Positions 1 through 9,906 of a DNA stretch of 20,678 nt are shown piece by piece (within the stretch, counting starts at the first letter, position 1; each line of letters starts with the position of its first letter). Source of the DNA: Octopus sinensis (taxonomy: Eukaryota). The position numbers were made by a program, and so were the translations under genes. The notes under the pieces are model-generated. The model saw only the letters and a list, made by a program, of their open reading frames with translations. It was not told where the DNA came from and made no database searches. The stretch is taken from contig NW_021836778.1 in assembly GCF_006345805.1 (NCBI RefSeq), positions 1 to 20,678 of the forward strand, read 5' to 3'.

Positions 1-242
1 TTCCCAGTAAACAACAGAGTTTCTTATCCACTCCAAGACGACTCCAGTGCCATCCAAATCACACTGAAATTCATCAATATGTTTAGACCTTATTTAAACA
101 AAGTAATAACGGCAAATTAAATTTAAGCATTGAACAGGTGTAGAGCATGTTGACCATAAAAGTAACTGGGTCACGACCACGTTTGAATCGGTGATATACA
201 ACACCACCGTGGGAAATGATGATGTTTGTAAAATATTAATAT

Positions 243-469
243 CTGGGGAGACAGAGAGTCGCCTTGGAGTATACCACGTTCTATATTAACAGTTCCTGGC
301 TGTTTTTTCCCAATCTCAGAGAGACTTTCCAGTTTTGAATAATTGACATAATAAAACTAGTTATCAAAATAAGCAGTCCAGAGTTTTCCAGGATTTCAAC
401 AAGAAAGTCATGACTAACTGAGTCAACTGCCTTATCATGAATTTTATGGAATAACATCCCATATTTATT
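243..469 (-). pseudogene. Degenerate reverse transcriptase fragment related to the R4-like element at 12394-15228
   Basis: Minus translation with one frameshift: KAVDSVSHDFLVEILENSGL...IMSIIQNWKVSLRLGK / KQPGTVNIERGILQGDSLSPQ. Aligns to KAFDSINHEFLAVILKNSGL...VMSIIPNWKVSLKLGKQHLGIVNIERGILQGDSLSPQ in the 944-aa ORF. Confidence 0.9.
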
Positions 470-475
470 CTAAAT

Positions 476-647
476 TTAAAAATTATTATATTGATTCAAC
501 AAATTATTATATTGATTCGAAAAATTATTATATTGGTTCGAAAAATTATTATATGATTCGAAAAGTTATTATATTGGTTCGAAAAATTATTATATGATTC
601 GAAAAGTTATTATATTGGTTCGAAAAATTATTATATTGATCCGAAAA
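476..647 (+). repeat. Minisatellite, ~8 units of 20-21 nt (AAAAATTATTATATTG(A/G)TTCG)
   Basis: Tandem units read directly from the sequence; 21-nt units alternate with 20-nt units in the middle. Confidence 0.95.
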
Positions 648-655
648 CCCTATAT

Positions 656-703
656 AAAAATAGTTGGTGTTGGGGGGAAGATGGTTACCTTAAAATCGTA
701 AGA
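656..703 (+). pseudogene. Possible papain-family (C1A) cysteine protease C-terminal remnant
   Basis: Translates as KNSWCWGEDGYLKIVR, resembling the C1A motif KNSWGxxWGExGY. Only 16 aa; no catalytic Cys or His region found nearby. Confidence 0.3.
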
Positions 704-891
704 ATCGCTTTCATTATCCGATTCTTGGTTAATTAACTAAAAATGAGACATCTATAATTATAATTTTAAATCTCAACTGATGTTTATTGATGCCAGGATG
801 ATGTTTTACTATTGTTTTGGATCCACATTTTTGGTCAATACCAGTGTCTTACTAGGCAGAAGACATAACATATTCAGTCCTGTAAGGCACT

Positions 892-1020
892 CCTTCGTCT
901 ACTTAGAAAGTTGGTGATCAATAGTTTGAGCTTTCCTAGAAACTTGTTTTAAATTATTTTCCTTAATAGAATCTTCCTCAAAACTAAGTCGAAAGCTATG
1001 TCTATATCGACGGAACAGAG
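892..1020 (-). pseudogene. Degenerate RT fragment of a different (LINE/APE-type) non-LTR clade
   Basis: Minus translation LCSVDIDIAFDLVLRKILLRKII*NKFLGKLKLLITNFLSRRR resembles the LINE RT block xLDxxKAFDxV...LLxKL...GxLLxLIxSFLSxR. Confidence 0.45.
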
Positions 1021-2799
1021 TTAATATAATTGATAAATTGCCTTCTTTCATCAGAAGGTCGGCAGTCGGCAACTCCAGAGAGAGTTCGTTGAAGGGGAGT
1101 AGAACCTCTCGGGCAACATTTTGGTATCAACAATTAGTTAAATTCAACTATTAATAGCATATAAACAAAGAATTATTTCCGACTATGTCCAAAAAGATTC
1201 TTTATGAGATTTCGTTTTTTGAATGAATTTTAAATTTGCCAAATAACCAAAAAAATATTGCATCCATAACTTGCATTGACAAAAACGGAATTACAGGAAA
1301 AATGATTTATTTTCTTAAAGAAAAACTACCCTTGAAAAATGGAAATACAATTTGGGATGCTAAAGCAAGTGATAACAGAAAAGGTTTAATGACTGGTACG
1401 GATTACCAGGAATAATGTCTAACATGTTATTAAAACAGCATGAAACTCCACCCAGATTCAATTACCATCTTATTATTATAACATCTAGACTCCCAGGCAA
1501 TAAAAACTATAATACTCATGTTTAATTTATCAATACAAGCACCATTCCGGACTTTAGAAAAAGTCTTATATAACGACTAGCAAACCAAACAAAACTCATA
1601 GCAAATTAAGAAATGATGAAAGTAGAAGATAGTTTTTCCTGTTTTATAAGTTTTTTTTATTAAAAGCGGGTGTTGAACGCTAGGAAATTCATGACATCCC
1701 ATTTATATTTAGAATCCGTATGTGGTGAGATGTCAATGACGCTTAACTCGTCAACCCCTAACGGAGCTCCCGGCACAGGCAGCCGGTGTGAGTTGAACCC
1801 GAGACCGAGAAAGTTGCCAGCAAATATCGAATAAGGTAGTTAATTAAATGACATACTTGTAAACTATTAATAAAATGAATTTTATTTATCGTTCGTCGTT
1901 TCACTTGATTTAAAAATTATCTTTTTTTACATCTGGAATGATTAGAAAAAAACTAATTAACTATTTAACTAAGTAATAAGGCTTCAGACTAAATAAGGGG
2001 TGTCACTCAACAGATATCCTTTTTTGGTCTTTTTAAATCTCTGAGAAAATACAGTCCGAGGCCTCTGGATGACTAAATGTCAGGAAAAGACTGGATCGGC
2101 AAGCATCAGATAAATTTTAAAAAGTCTTAAATAATACCGAAAACTTAAAAAACACTTTAAAAAATCGCCAAATACGTCTTCGTCGTCTAAAAATCGGTTT
2201 TCGAAACATTAGTTTGTGCACCATTTTTGACGTATTTTTTCGCGACAGGAAATTCGAAAACTATTATTCGTCTTTATTATCATTTTCAACAACGTGGCAG
2301 TATAAGAAGTGAGAGGTGTAATATATCTCTACAGACCCTGCATCTTTAAAATGCCATTTCAAAGCCAAGTCTATCCCCAACCACTTTTCATTGAAGTGTG
2401 ACTCCTCTCAATTCCCAACTCATCCGAGAACAATGAAATACAGCAATATTAATACACGTTCTCTTGAATTTAGTAAACATATATTTAAATTCGCGTTTTA
2501 AATTTTTTACTCGTCCCACACACTTATACGATCCGTTTCAAGTTCAAAAGCACGAGGTTACAGTCGGCTAACAAATTCGTAGACAACAGTTAAAACCTTA
2601 TGACAGTTTAATGCCATTCAAGATTTAATGTGGCAACTGGCCTATGTTAGACTGGCGAACAAATGTACGTGATCCCAATACACTCAACCAGGGACTTCAT
2701 CCTCGCTCGGTGTTCTATCCACGAGCCCACACAAGACCGCACCGGGTGGCTCATATCCAAAATTGTATTGGAAAAAAGATGTCAATCATCCGGAAGTAC

Positions 2800-3938
2800 G
2801 TCTAAGCACGACTAAAAGATGGTAATTACATATTTAGATTTCCTTATTTTTGGTTTTAGACTAAATAAATGCGGCCCTCAATGGGAAATTATTAAAAACA
2901 AAGCTACTGCGTTTGACACCCCTGAATTAGTCGTTCTCTCTCAAATTTGTGTTTCAATACTGTGTCACATGACAATTCTATCAATTTTTCCTTTTCAAAA
3001 GTTTTAAATAAAAATTCATAATTTTCTTCATCAATAAATTGCTACTATATCCATGTGAACGTTTTATAGTCGAGATTTTTAAAATAATTAGCAAATCAGC
3101 AAATATGTTTTTGTTTGCTTCAATGTTTACTATGGGACAAAAATTATTTAAAAGTAGAAACATTTCATAGATTTTTTTCGTTATGTTCGATTTCCATAAT
3201 TTCAATTTTATAATCAATACTTTTACTTTGTCTTTTTGAGTGAATGATTACAGCTGTGGTCTCTGCACTAATTTATTTAATCTCACAAAAATTTGAGCCA
3301 AATAGGCAAATTTGACAATAAAGTTATCATTTCTGAACAATTTTGCATCTTCAATGTCATTTTCATCAATAAAATCTGCAACTTGATCTTTGAGCTCAAA
3401 CACCATTTTTGCACAAGATACCCAGCGGACCTCACAATAAAATAAAACTGATGAAACCAACTGATCCAAAAGAACTTAAGATATGTCATCGATGCTTTAT
3501 CTGTAGACGGTATTTGCCGTAATTGTTTGGCATAATATTCGCCAAACATTGTTTCAACCATATCAATGGCTGCTTGCAAAATTAGAGTTTCTCAGATATT
3601 GTGCAGTTTCTTAGATTTTCCAAATTTTGCAGGAAACTTTTTACGTAGCTAATAAAGCATTTGATGAGACAAAAATATGTTTTTTTAACGTTTCCGTTTG
3701 TTTATTGTATTCCTCTAATTTTATTGAAAAATTCTTCAGACTTATAGACATATTCAGAATTTATCGTTTCAAAATGTATTTTTAATTTTGATGGCTTCAT
3801 ACTATCTGATGTAATTGTTTTAAAACAAAGCAAACAGAGGGATATTTCCAAGCCATCAACAATAATACGCGTGAATTCTAATAATAAATCGGATGGACAA
3901 TTTTTTTTATCTTTGGAGTCGTAATAATTATATTCCAA
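2800..3938 (-). pseudogene. hAT (Buster/ZBED8-SCAND3-like) transposase remnant
   Basis: Collinear fragments: BED finger CLLCFKTITSDSMKPSKLKIHFET; AAIDMVETMFGEYYAKQLRQIP; FYCEVRWVS...FELKDQV...AYLAQIFVRLNKL; KLKLWKSNI; LIELSCDTVLKHKF. Frameshifts and internal deletions; no TIRs found; lower boundary approximate. Confidence 0.85.
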
Positions 3939-4366
3939 TTATTTTGACTATTTGAACCACCTTCAATATCTTTATTATTCGTAAATTTTCTTTTTTAACC
4001 ACTCGAAAATTTATCCATGTTGAACCTATTTAAATTAAATTTTTGTCAGAATATAATCACGATTTTTATATAAATCTAACTTAAAAAAAATATTTTTGAG
4101 AAGTGTCTCCCTTGACACAAGTCAAAGCTGAGTCTAATCCACAAGACGACTGTTAAGATAGTCTCCTTTTTTTAATCTGAGACGGTATTGTTTCAAATTC
4201 CTGAGAGCCTACAGTGGGGCAAAAAAGTCATGGAACGCTTGCATATTTTGATTAAATTTAATAATTCTCTACTAAAATAATATCAAAAATTGTAGTTTAA
4301 AAAGAAATTAGAAATATAAAAAATTTTAGATTAATTGTTGAAAAAACTAAACTTGAGATATTTATA

Positions 4367-5066
4367 CAGTACGACCTCGAATTGGGGAAAACCAAGTAGC
4401 GGGGAAATCCTCTTATTTGAGGAAAACCTTGTTTTGGGGAAAATATTTTCGCCATGCCTATAAAATACGATGATTTTTAATGAAATAAACCCCCTACTGG
4501 GGAAAACTAAATCAAAATGAAAAGATTAGAATTTAAAAAGATATACAGTCGGGTCATAAGGATAAAATGAGTTGTGAAGGATTTAACATCTCTAAAAGAA
4601 TCCTATACTAAAAAAGAAAAGGGAAGGAATCCTACCTCAAGGCTACATAACATCCGAAGGGACAATTGGATACGAATTGAATGCCTAGGTTTACGAGATT
4701 TTTCGTTATCTCAGGTCAAAAGGTTTCCCAATCAATGGGCCAACCTTACAGCTTATTACATGTAAAATTGCATATAGAAATTGAAATCACGATTTCACTG
4801 TTTCTAATGGATGACTTTACAGATTCAAGAAACAATTCGACATAAAATTCAGAATTTTACATGGAGAATCACGATAAGCTGATAAAGGATGTGCGGAAAA
4901 CTTCCGATCGACTTTCAATGATTAAAAATAAAAATTGTAGTTATTCGTCTCTGTTATATTATTAAGGTAGGATATCGAACAGGAGAGACCTAAATTTAAT
5001 GAAAAACCTTTTTTTGAAGAAAACCTCAAAATTGGGGAAAAATTTCTCCAATTCGAGGTCGCACTG
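4367..5066 (+). mobile_element. pogo/Tigger-like non-autonomous element, 700 bp
   Basis: 24-bp TIRs (4367-4390 CAGTACGACCTCGAATTGGGGAAA; 5043-5066, 22/24 match), TA on both sides (4365-4366, 5067-5068), repeated subterminal TTGGGGAAA-like motifs. Confidence 0.92.
4719..4904 (+). pseudogene. CENP-B-type HTH remnant of pogo/Tigger transposase
   Basis: KGFPINGPTLQ...DFTVSNG*LYRFKKQFDIKFRILHGES, matching the pattern GxPISGP...FxASxGWLxRFKxRxxI...GES; three in-frame stops. Confidence 0.85.
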
Positions 5067-5137
5067 TACTGCCATAATTAACGATTTTTATGTAAAATCA
5101 ATTTATTGAAGTAAAAAAGTCATGGAACGAAATCGAA

Positions 5138-5745
5138 TTAATATTTAGTTGCGTTTCTTTTTGCTAGTAGCACTGCTTCAAATCATTTGACATTCAAATA
5201 GACTAGTATTTTCCCTTTGTTCATAGCAAATTGCTTTTGTGAATATTTTTTGGTTTCCTTGAACCAAATTTTATTTTAAAAAATTTTACCTAAATGTTGA
5301 TTGGATTGAGGTCTGGTAATTACTTAGTTTCCAAAGCATTTATTTTGTCCCTTAGTAACCATTCAATAGTCATTATGGAATGTTCATTATTGTATCAAAT
5401 TTAATTTAGCGACCGAACGAAACGAATATTCTTCTAGGATTTCGCCATATTTTATTCAATTCGTTATTCTATCTATTACAAATAATTCACTGATGCCTGA
5501 TGATAAAAAACAGCCACACAGCACGATGCTTCTTCCCCTGTCCTTTATGGTAGGTATGGTGTATTTTGGTTATTTGTCTGATTGGATTTACGCCAAATTG
5601 AAGGCGTGTAATTCAGTCCAAAAAGTTGTATTTTTTATTCGTCCGACCATAAAATATTAATTATGAATTCATTTTCTTTATTTAAAAGATATTTGGTCTT
5701 TTTAATTCTTGCAGAAATGTGAATTTTCAGAAATATTTATTTGAA
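5138..5745 (-). pseudogene. Tc1 DDE transposase remnant
   Basis: Minus fragments in the expected order: ILWSDE*KIQLFG; IWRK...PKYTIPTIKDRGRSIVLCGCF; PDLNPI; EAVLLAKRNATKY* (stop at 5138-5140). Confidence 0.88.
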
Positions 5746-5769
5746 ATTCATGAAAATAGTTAATTAAAA

Positions 5770-6078
5770 TAAGTTGCAAAAGTGAAAGTAATCCCTGTTG
5801 TAATGACCTGGGATGGAATTGTCTCAAGATTTTTCAAGGGTCATCTTGATGTCCTCAAGCTGGAAGAAAGAGTGAGAGCATATATTCAGACAGTGGTTCT
5901 GAGGAAGACATTGGAAAGCATGCAAGCTGAAGAGAGACATGGTATATCGATACCTAGTGAGGAGAAAGCTGAAACGGAATGTCAACCAAGGGCAGCCTCA
6001 GAATGTGGAGTGTGCTTCGACGAGAACACACCCATACGGTCACTGGATTATGGGCCCAAAAAGAGAAGATTAAGCTAA
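5770..6078 (+). pseudogene. 5'-truncated R4-like retroelement: C-terminal end of REL endonuclease
   Basis: AKVKVIPVVMTWDGIVSRFFKGHLDVLKLEERVRAYIQTVVLRKTLESM aligns with AKVKIVPIVITWDGIVSTIYRKYMELLGIEERVRSYIQTVTLKATLESM of the 944-aa ORF; different C-terminal tail. Confidence 0.9.
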
Positions 6079-6476
6079 TTAATTAATTACTTTAACATGG
6101 ATTTGTTGTTTAAATAATAAATTAGTCTTTGTTTAAAATGAGTTAAAAAAAATAAAAGCTATCAAAAATAGTGATCATTATAAAAAATGTCCAATTAAAA
6201 AAAAGATAGTTGTTCCATGACTTATTTGTCCTTTTTCAATTGCATGATGAAGAGAATTTGCCTTGAACATTCCTGTAGCCAATATTATGACCTAGAACAG
6301 TGATTTTTAACGGGGCGCTAGAATTTAATTATTATAAATATTTGTATTAGTTTGTGTAAATCATTCTCACCTATTTTTCTATTAATTCTAAATTCAAATT
6401 GTCTTGTGTCTACTTAAACAAAAAATTTATTGATAATATGAATAAATATTTGTTAATTGTATTTAATATTTTACAG

Positions 6477-6901
6477 ATGTCTGATAAAAAACGACGTATA
6501 TATTCGAGTGAATACCTAAAGTTTGGAGTGATATCTTACGACTATAACAATTCACTTCCTATGTGTCTCCTTTGTTAAAAGGTCTTTAAAATGAATGAAG
6601 CCCTCAAGAATGCTAAATTATCTTAAGATTTGTCATCCTGAGAAACATGATGAAGATATTAATTATTTTTCTAATTTGAAATATAATTATGAAAATCGTC
6701 TTATGATAATCAAATATTTACAAAAAATTCAAAGATGCTGGAAAAAGACCTATTAGCATCATACAAAATATCACAATTGATAGCGAAATCAGGGAAATCT
6801 CATACTATTGGAGAGTCATTAATCTCATACTATTGGTGAGTGCTAAATTTAATGGTTGATCGTGATTCTGAATAGATAATATGATTTTGAAGCTAAAGTT
6901 A
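6477..6901 (+). pseudogene. hAT transposase, N-terminal part plus post-deletion segment up to the Helitron insertion
   Basis: MSDKKRRIYSSEYLKFG...LPMCLLC*KVF / MKPSRM...HPEK / LLASYKISQLIAKSGKSHTIGESLI, then after a large deletion YDFEAKV. ATG at 6477 is preceded by an acceptor-like TTTTACAG. Confidence 0.88.
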
Positions 6902-6923
6902 TCTTAATAATAAAATGGTATGG

Positions 6924-6973
6924 GAGAATTTATTAGTTTGTTGACTTTATTTTTGTATTAATTTATAAAAAAA

Positions 6974-7005
<32 letters not shown>
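6924..7005 (+). mobile_element. Extremely 5'-truncated poly(A) retro-insertion (3' end of a CRE-like element)
   Basis: Flanked by AAAATGGTATGG at 6912-6923 and 7006-7017 (TSD; edge ambiguous against the poly-A). 6921-6949 is identical over 29 nt to 7354-7382. Ends in A13-TTT-A27. Confidence 0.8.
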
Positions 7006-7009
<4 letters not shown>

Positions 7010-7017
7010 TGGTATGG

Positions 7018-7053
7018 TGTGTGTCTGTCTGTGTGTCTGTCTGTCTGTCTGTG
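7018..7053 (+). repeat. (TG)n/(TCTG)n microsatellite near the Helitron 5' end
   Basis: TGTGTGTCTGTCTGTGTGTCTGTCTGTCTGTCTGTG read directly. Confidence 0.9.
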
Positions 7054-7119
7054 CACACCCACATTCAAATTGTTACAAACCAGATCAAATTGTCAAAACC
7101 TTCCCTTTTGTAGTTATTC

Positions 7120-7369
7120 GATAAAGAGGCACAATAAAAGGTTTGGCCAATCGTTGTCGAGACTGGATGACTTTTGGTTTTGGCCAATCGTTGTCGAGAC
7201 TTCCGGCGTCTTTGGCTCCGGGACCCTCACTTCCCTAAAGAAATTGGGACATCTTTGTTCTTCGCGGTCCAAGGACCCTAGGGAATTTACTTTCCTCATT
7301 CAGAGGATCCTGCTGGCTGTCATGCGTGGCAACAGCTGTTCCCTCCGTCTCGCTGGGAGAATTTATTAG
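7120..7369 (+). pseudogene. CRE-like non-LTR retrotransposon REL endonuclease C-terminal fragment
   Basis: FWPIVVETSGVFGSGTLTSLKKLGHLCSSRSKDPREFTFLIQRILLAVMRGNSCSL matches the CRE-type pattern FxPxxVETxG...GDPR..FLxQRxSxAxxRGN. A 23-bp direct duplication lies at 7142-7164/7179-7201. Confidence 0.78.
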
Positions 7370-7463
7370 TTTGTTGACTTTACTTAGTAGTTTGACCCAT
7401 AAAAGGTTGATATCCTCTAAGAACCTTCCTGTCAAAAAATTTTAATAAGAAAGAATATCCTCG

Positions 7464-9906
7464 ATGATGAGGTCCCCCAAAACCTTCAAGCCAAAAAATT
7501 AAAAAAATTATTTTCTGCGTTTTTGTTAAAATGAACAACAAGAAAGTCCTCAACTCACATGATGTGGTCCCCCAAAACCTTCAAGCCAAAAAATTAAAAA
7601 AATTATTTTCTGCGTTTTTGTTAAAATGAACAACAAGAAAGTCCTCAACTCACATGATGTGGTCCCCCAAAACCTTCAAGCCAAAAAATTAAAAAAATTA
7701 TTTTCTGCGTTTTTGTTAAATGAACAACAAGAAAGTCCTCGACTCACATGATGTGGTCCCCCAAAACCTTCAAGCCAAAAAATTAAAAAAAATTATTTTC
7801 TGCGTTTTTGTTAAATGAACAACAAGAAAGTCCTCGACTCACATGATGTGGTCCCCCAAAACCTTCAAGCCAAAAAATTAAAAAAATTATTTTCTGCGTT
7901 TTTGTTAAAATGAACAACAAGAAAGTCCTCGACTCACATGATGTGGTCCCCCAAAACCTTCAAGCCAAAAAATTAAAAAAATTATTTTCTGCGTTTTTGT
8001 TAAATGAACAACAAGAAAGTCCTCGACTCACATGATGTGGTCCCCCAAAACCTTCAAGGTAAAAATTAAAAAAAATTATTTTCTGCGTTTTTGTTAAAAT
8101 GAACAACAAGAAAGTCCTCGACTCACATGATGTGGTCCCCCAAAACCTTCAAGCCAAAAAATTAAAAAAAATTATTTTCTGCGTTTTTGTTAAAATGAAC
8201 AACAAGAAAGTCCTCGACTCACATGATGTGGTCCCCCAAAACCTTCAAGCCAAAAAATTAAAAAAAATTATTTTCTGCGTTTTTGTTAAAATGAACAACA
8301 AGAAAGTCCTCGACTCACATGATGTGGTCCCCCAAAACCTTCAAGCTAAAAAATTAAAAAAAATTATTTTCTGCGTTTTTGTTAAAATGACAACAAGAAA
8401 GTCCTCGACTCACATGATGTGGTCCCCCAAAACCTTCAAGCCAAAAAATTAAAAAAAATTATTTTCTGCGTTTTTGTTAAAATGAACAACAAGAAAGTCC
8501 TCGACTCACATGATGTGGTCCCCCAAAACCTTCAAGCAAAAAATTAAAAAAAAAAAAAATTATTTTCTGCGTTTTTGTTTCAAAAAAATTATTTTCTGCG
8601 TTTTTGTTAAAATGAACAACAAGAAAGTCCTCGACTCACATGATGTGGTCCCCCAAAACCTTCAAGCCAAAAAATTAAAAAAATTATTTTCTGCGTTTTT
8701 GTTAAAATGAACAACAAGAAAGTCCTCGACTCACATGATGTGGTCCCCCAAAACCTTCAAGCTAAAAAATTAAAAAAATTATTTTCTGCGTTTTTGTTAA
8801 AATGACCAACAAGAAAGTCCTCGACTCACATGATGTGGTCCCCCAAAACCTTCAAGCCAAAAAATTAAAAAAATTATTTTCTGCGTTTTTGTTAAAATGA
8901 ACAACAAGAAAGTCCTCGACTCACATGATGTGGTCCCCCAAAACCTTCAAGCCAAAAAATTAAAAAAAATTATTTTCTGCGTTTTTGTTAAAATGACCAA
9001 CAAGAAAGTCCTCGACTCACATGATGTGTCCCCCAAAACCTTCAAGCCAAAAAATAAAAAAAATTATTTTCTGCGTTTTTGTTAAAATGAACAACAAGAA
9101 AGTCCTCGACTCACATGATGTGGTCCCCCAAAACCTTCAAGCCAAAAAATTAAAAAAATTATTTTCTGCGTTTTTGTTAAATGAACAACAAGAAAGTCCT
9201 CGACTCACATGATGTGGTCCCCCAAAACCTTCAAGCCAAAAAATTAAAAAAAATTATTTTCTGCGTTTTTGTTAAAATGAACAACAAGAAAGTCCTCGAC
9301 TCACATGATGTGGTCCCCCAAAACCTTCAAGCCAAAAAATTAAAAAAATTATTTTCTGCGTTTTTGTTAAAATGAACAACAAGAAAGTCCTCGACTCACA
9401 TGATGTGGTCCCCCAAAACCTTCAAGCAAAAAATTAAAAAAAATTATTTTCTGCGTTTTTGTTAAAATAAACAACAAGAAAGTCCTCGACTCACATGATG
9501 TGGTCCCCCAAAACCTTCAAGCCAAAAAATTAAAAAAAATTATTTTCTGCGTTTTTGTTAAAATGAACAACAAGAAAGTCCTCGACTCACATGATGTGGT
9601 CCCTCAAAACCTTCAAGCCAAAAAATTAAAAAAAAATTATTTTCTGCGTTTTTGTTAAATGAACAACAAGAAAGTCCTCGACTCACATGATGTGGTCCCC
9701 CAAAACCTTCAAGCCAAAAAATTAAAAAAAATTATTTTCTGCGTTTTTGTTAAATGAACAACAAGAAAGTCCTCGACTCACATGATGTGGTCCCCCAAAA
9801 CCTTCAAGCCCAAAAATTAAAAAAAAATATTTTCTGCGTTTTTGTTAAAATGAACGACAAGAAAGTCCTCGACTCACATGATGAGGTCCTCCACAACCTT
9901 CAAGCC
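7464..9906 (+). repeat. Tandem array, ~26 copies of a 94-96 bp unit (mode 95)
   Basis: Unit ATGAACAACAAGAAAGTCCTCGACTCACATGATGTGGTCCCCCAAAACCTTCAAGCCAAAAAATT(A)7-8TTATTTTCTGCGTTTTTGTTAAA. 25 ATG-anchored units counted from 7531 to 9850 plus a partial first unit; one 130-bp unit (8482-8611); no spacers. Confidence 0.98.

Larger units (their letters stand above)
1..1855 (+). repeat. Long direct repeat, copy 1 (partner 18828-20678)
   Basis: TTCCCAGTAAACAACAGAG... at 1 and 18828; ...AATTAAATGACATA at 1855 and 20678. About ten small differences seen by eye (e.g. GTTTGT/GCCTGT, AAGCAGTCC/AAGCAATCC, TCTCAAC/TCGCAAC, small indels). Both copies run to a window edge. Confidence 0.97.
4212..6231 (-). 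mobile_element. Tc1-family DNA transposon remnant (IR/DR-type end), host to two nested insertions
   Basis: TA|CAGTGGGGCAAAAAAGTCATGGAACG at 4210-4237. The 17-mer AAAAAAGTCATGGAACG recurs at 5113-5129. Inverted partner GTTCCATGACTTATTTGTCC at 6212-6231 lacks the terminal bases. Tc1 transposase remnant lies between. Confidence 0.75.

Noticed and set aside
1420-1580. DnaJ-like remnant (MKLHPD)
   Set aside because: Only the HPD tripeptide matches, surrounded by stops, with no convincing helix pattern.
1690-1835. GC-richer island as possible ncRNA or small gene
   Set aside because: No tRNA, rRNA or snRNA hallmark recognised; frames under 60 codons without motifs.
1-1855. LTRs of an LTR retrotransposon
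   Set aside because: No gag/protease/Ty3- or Ty1-type RT between the copies, no visible TG...CA ends or PBS, and the repeat itself is a mosaic of decayed fragments.
4140-4209. Minus-strand ...QIKKRRLS* matching the KKRRLS* end of ORF 5782-6078
   Set aside because: Six low-complexity residues only; no further alignable sequence.
8099-9375. Repetitive protein (MNNKKVLDSHDVVPQNLQAKKLKKIIFCVFVK)n
   Set aside because: The frame holds only for 96-nt units, while most counted units are 94-95 nt. One stop-free frame of six in 32 codons is unremarkable. Would need revisiting only if reads show the true unit is 96 nt.
7464-9906. CRISPR-like array next to an RT/endonuclease
   Set aside because: Units are contiguous and near-identical with no unique spacers; no cas-like ORFs; context is eukaryotic.
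9850-9906. Hammerhead ribozyme in the satellite unit (GAAA-GTC-CTC-GAC-TC resembles stem III plus cleavage triplet; ATGATGAG in terminal units)
   Set aside because: The CUGANGA core lacks C3 and reads TGATGT in interior units. No stem II closes before GAAA and no separate stem I can form. An Infernal hammerhead search would settle it.
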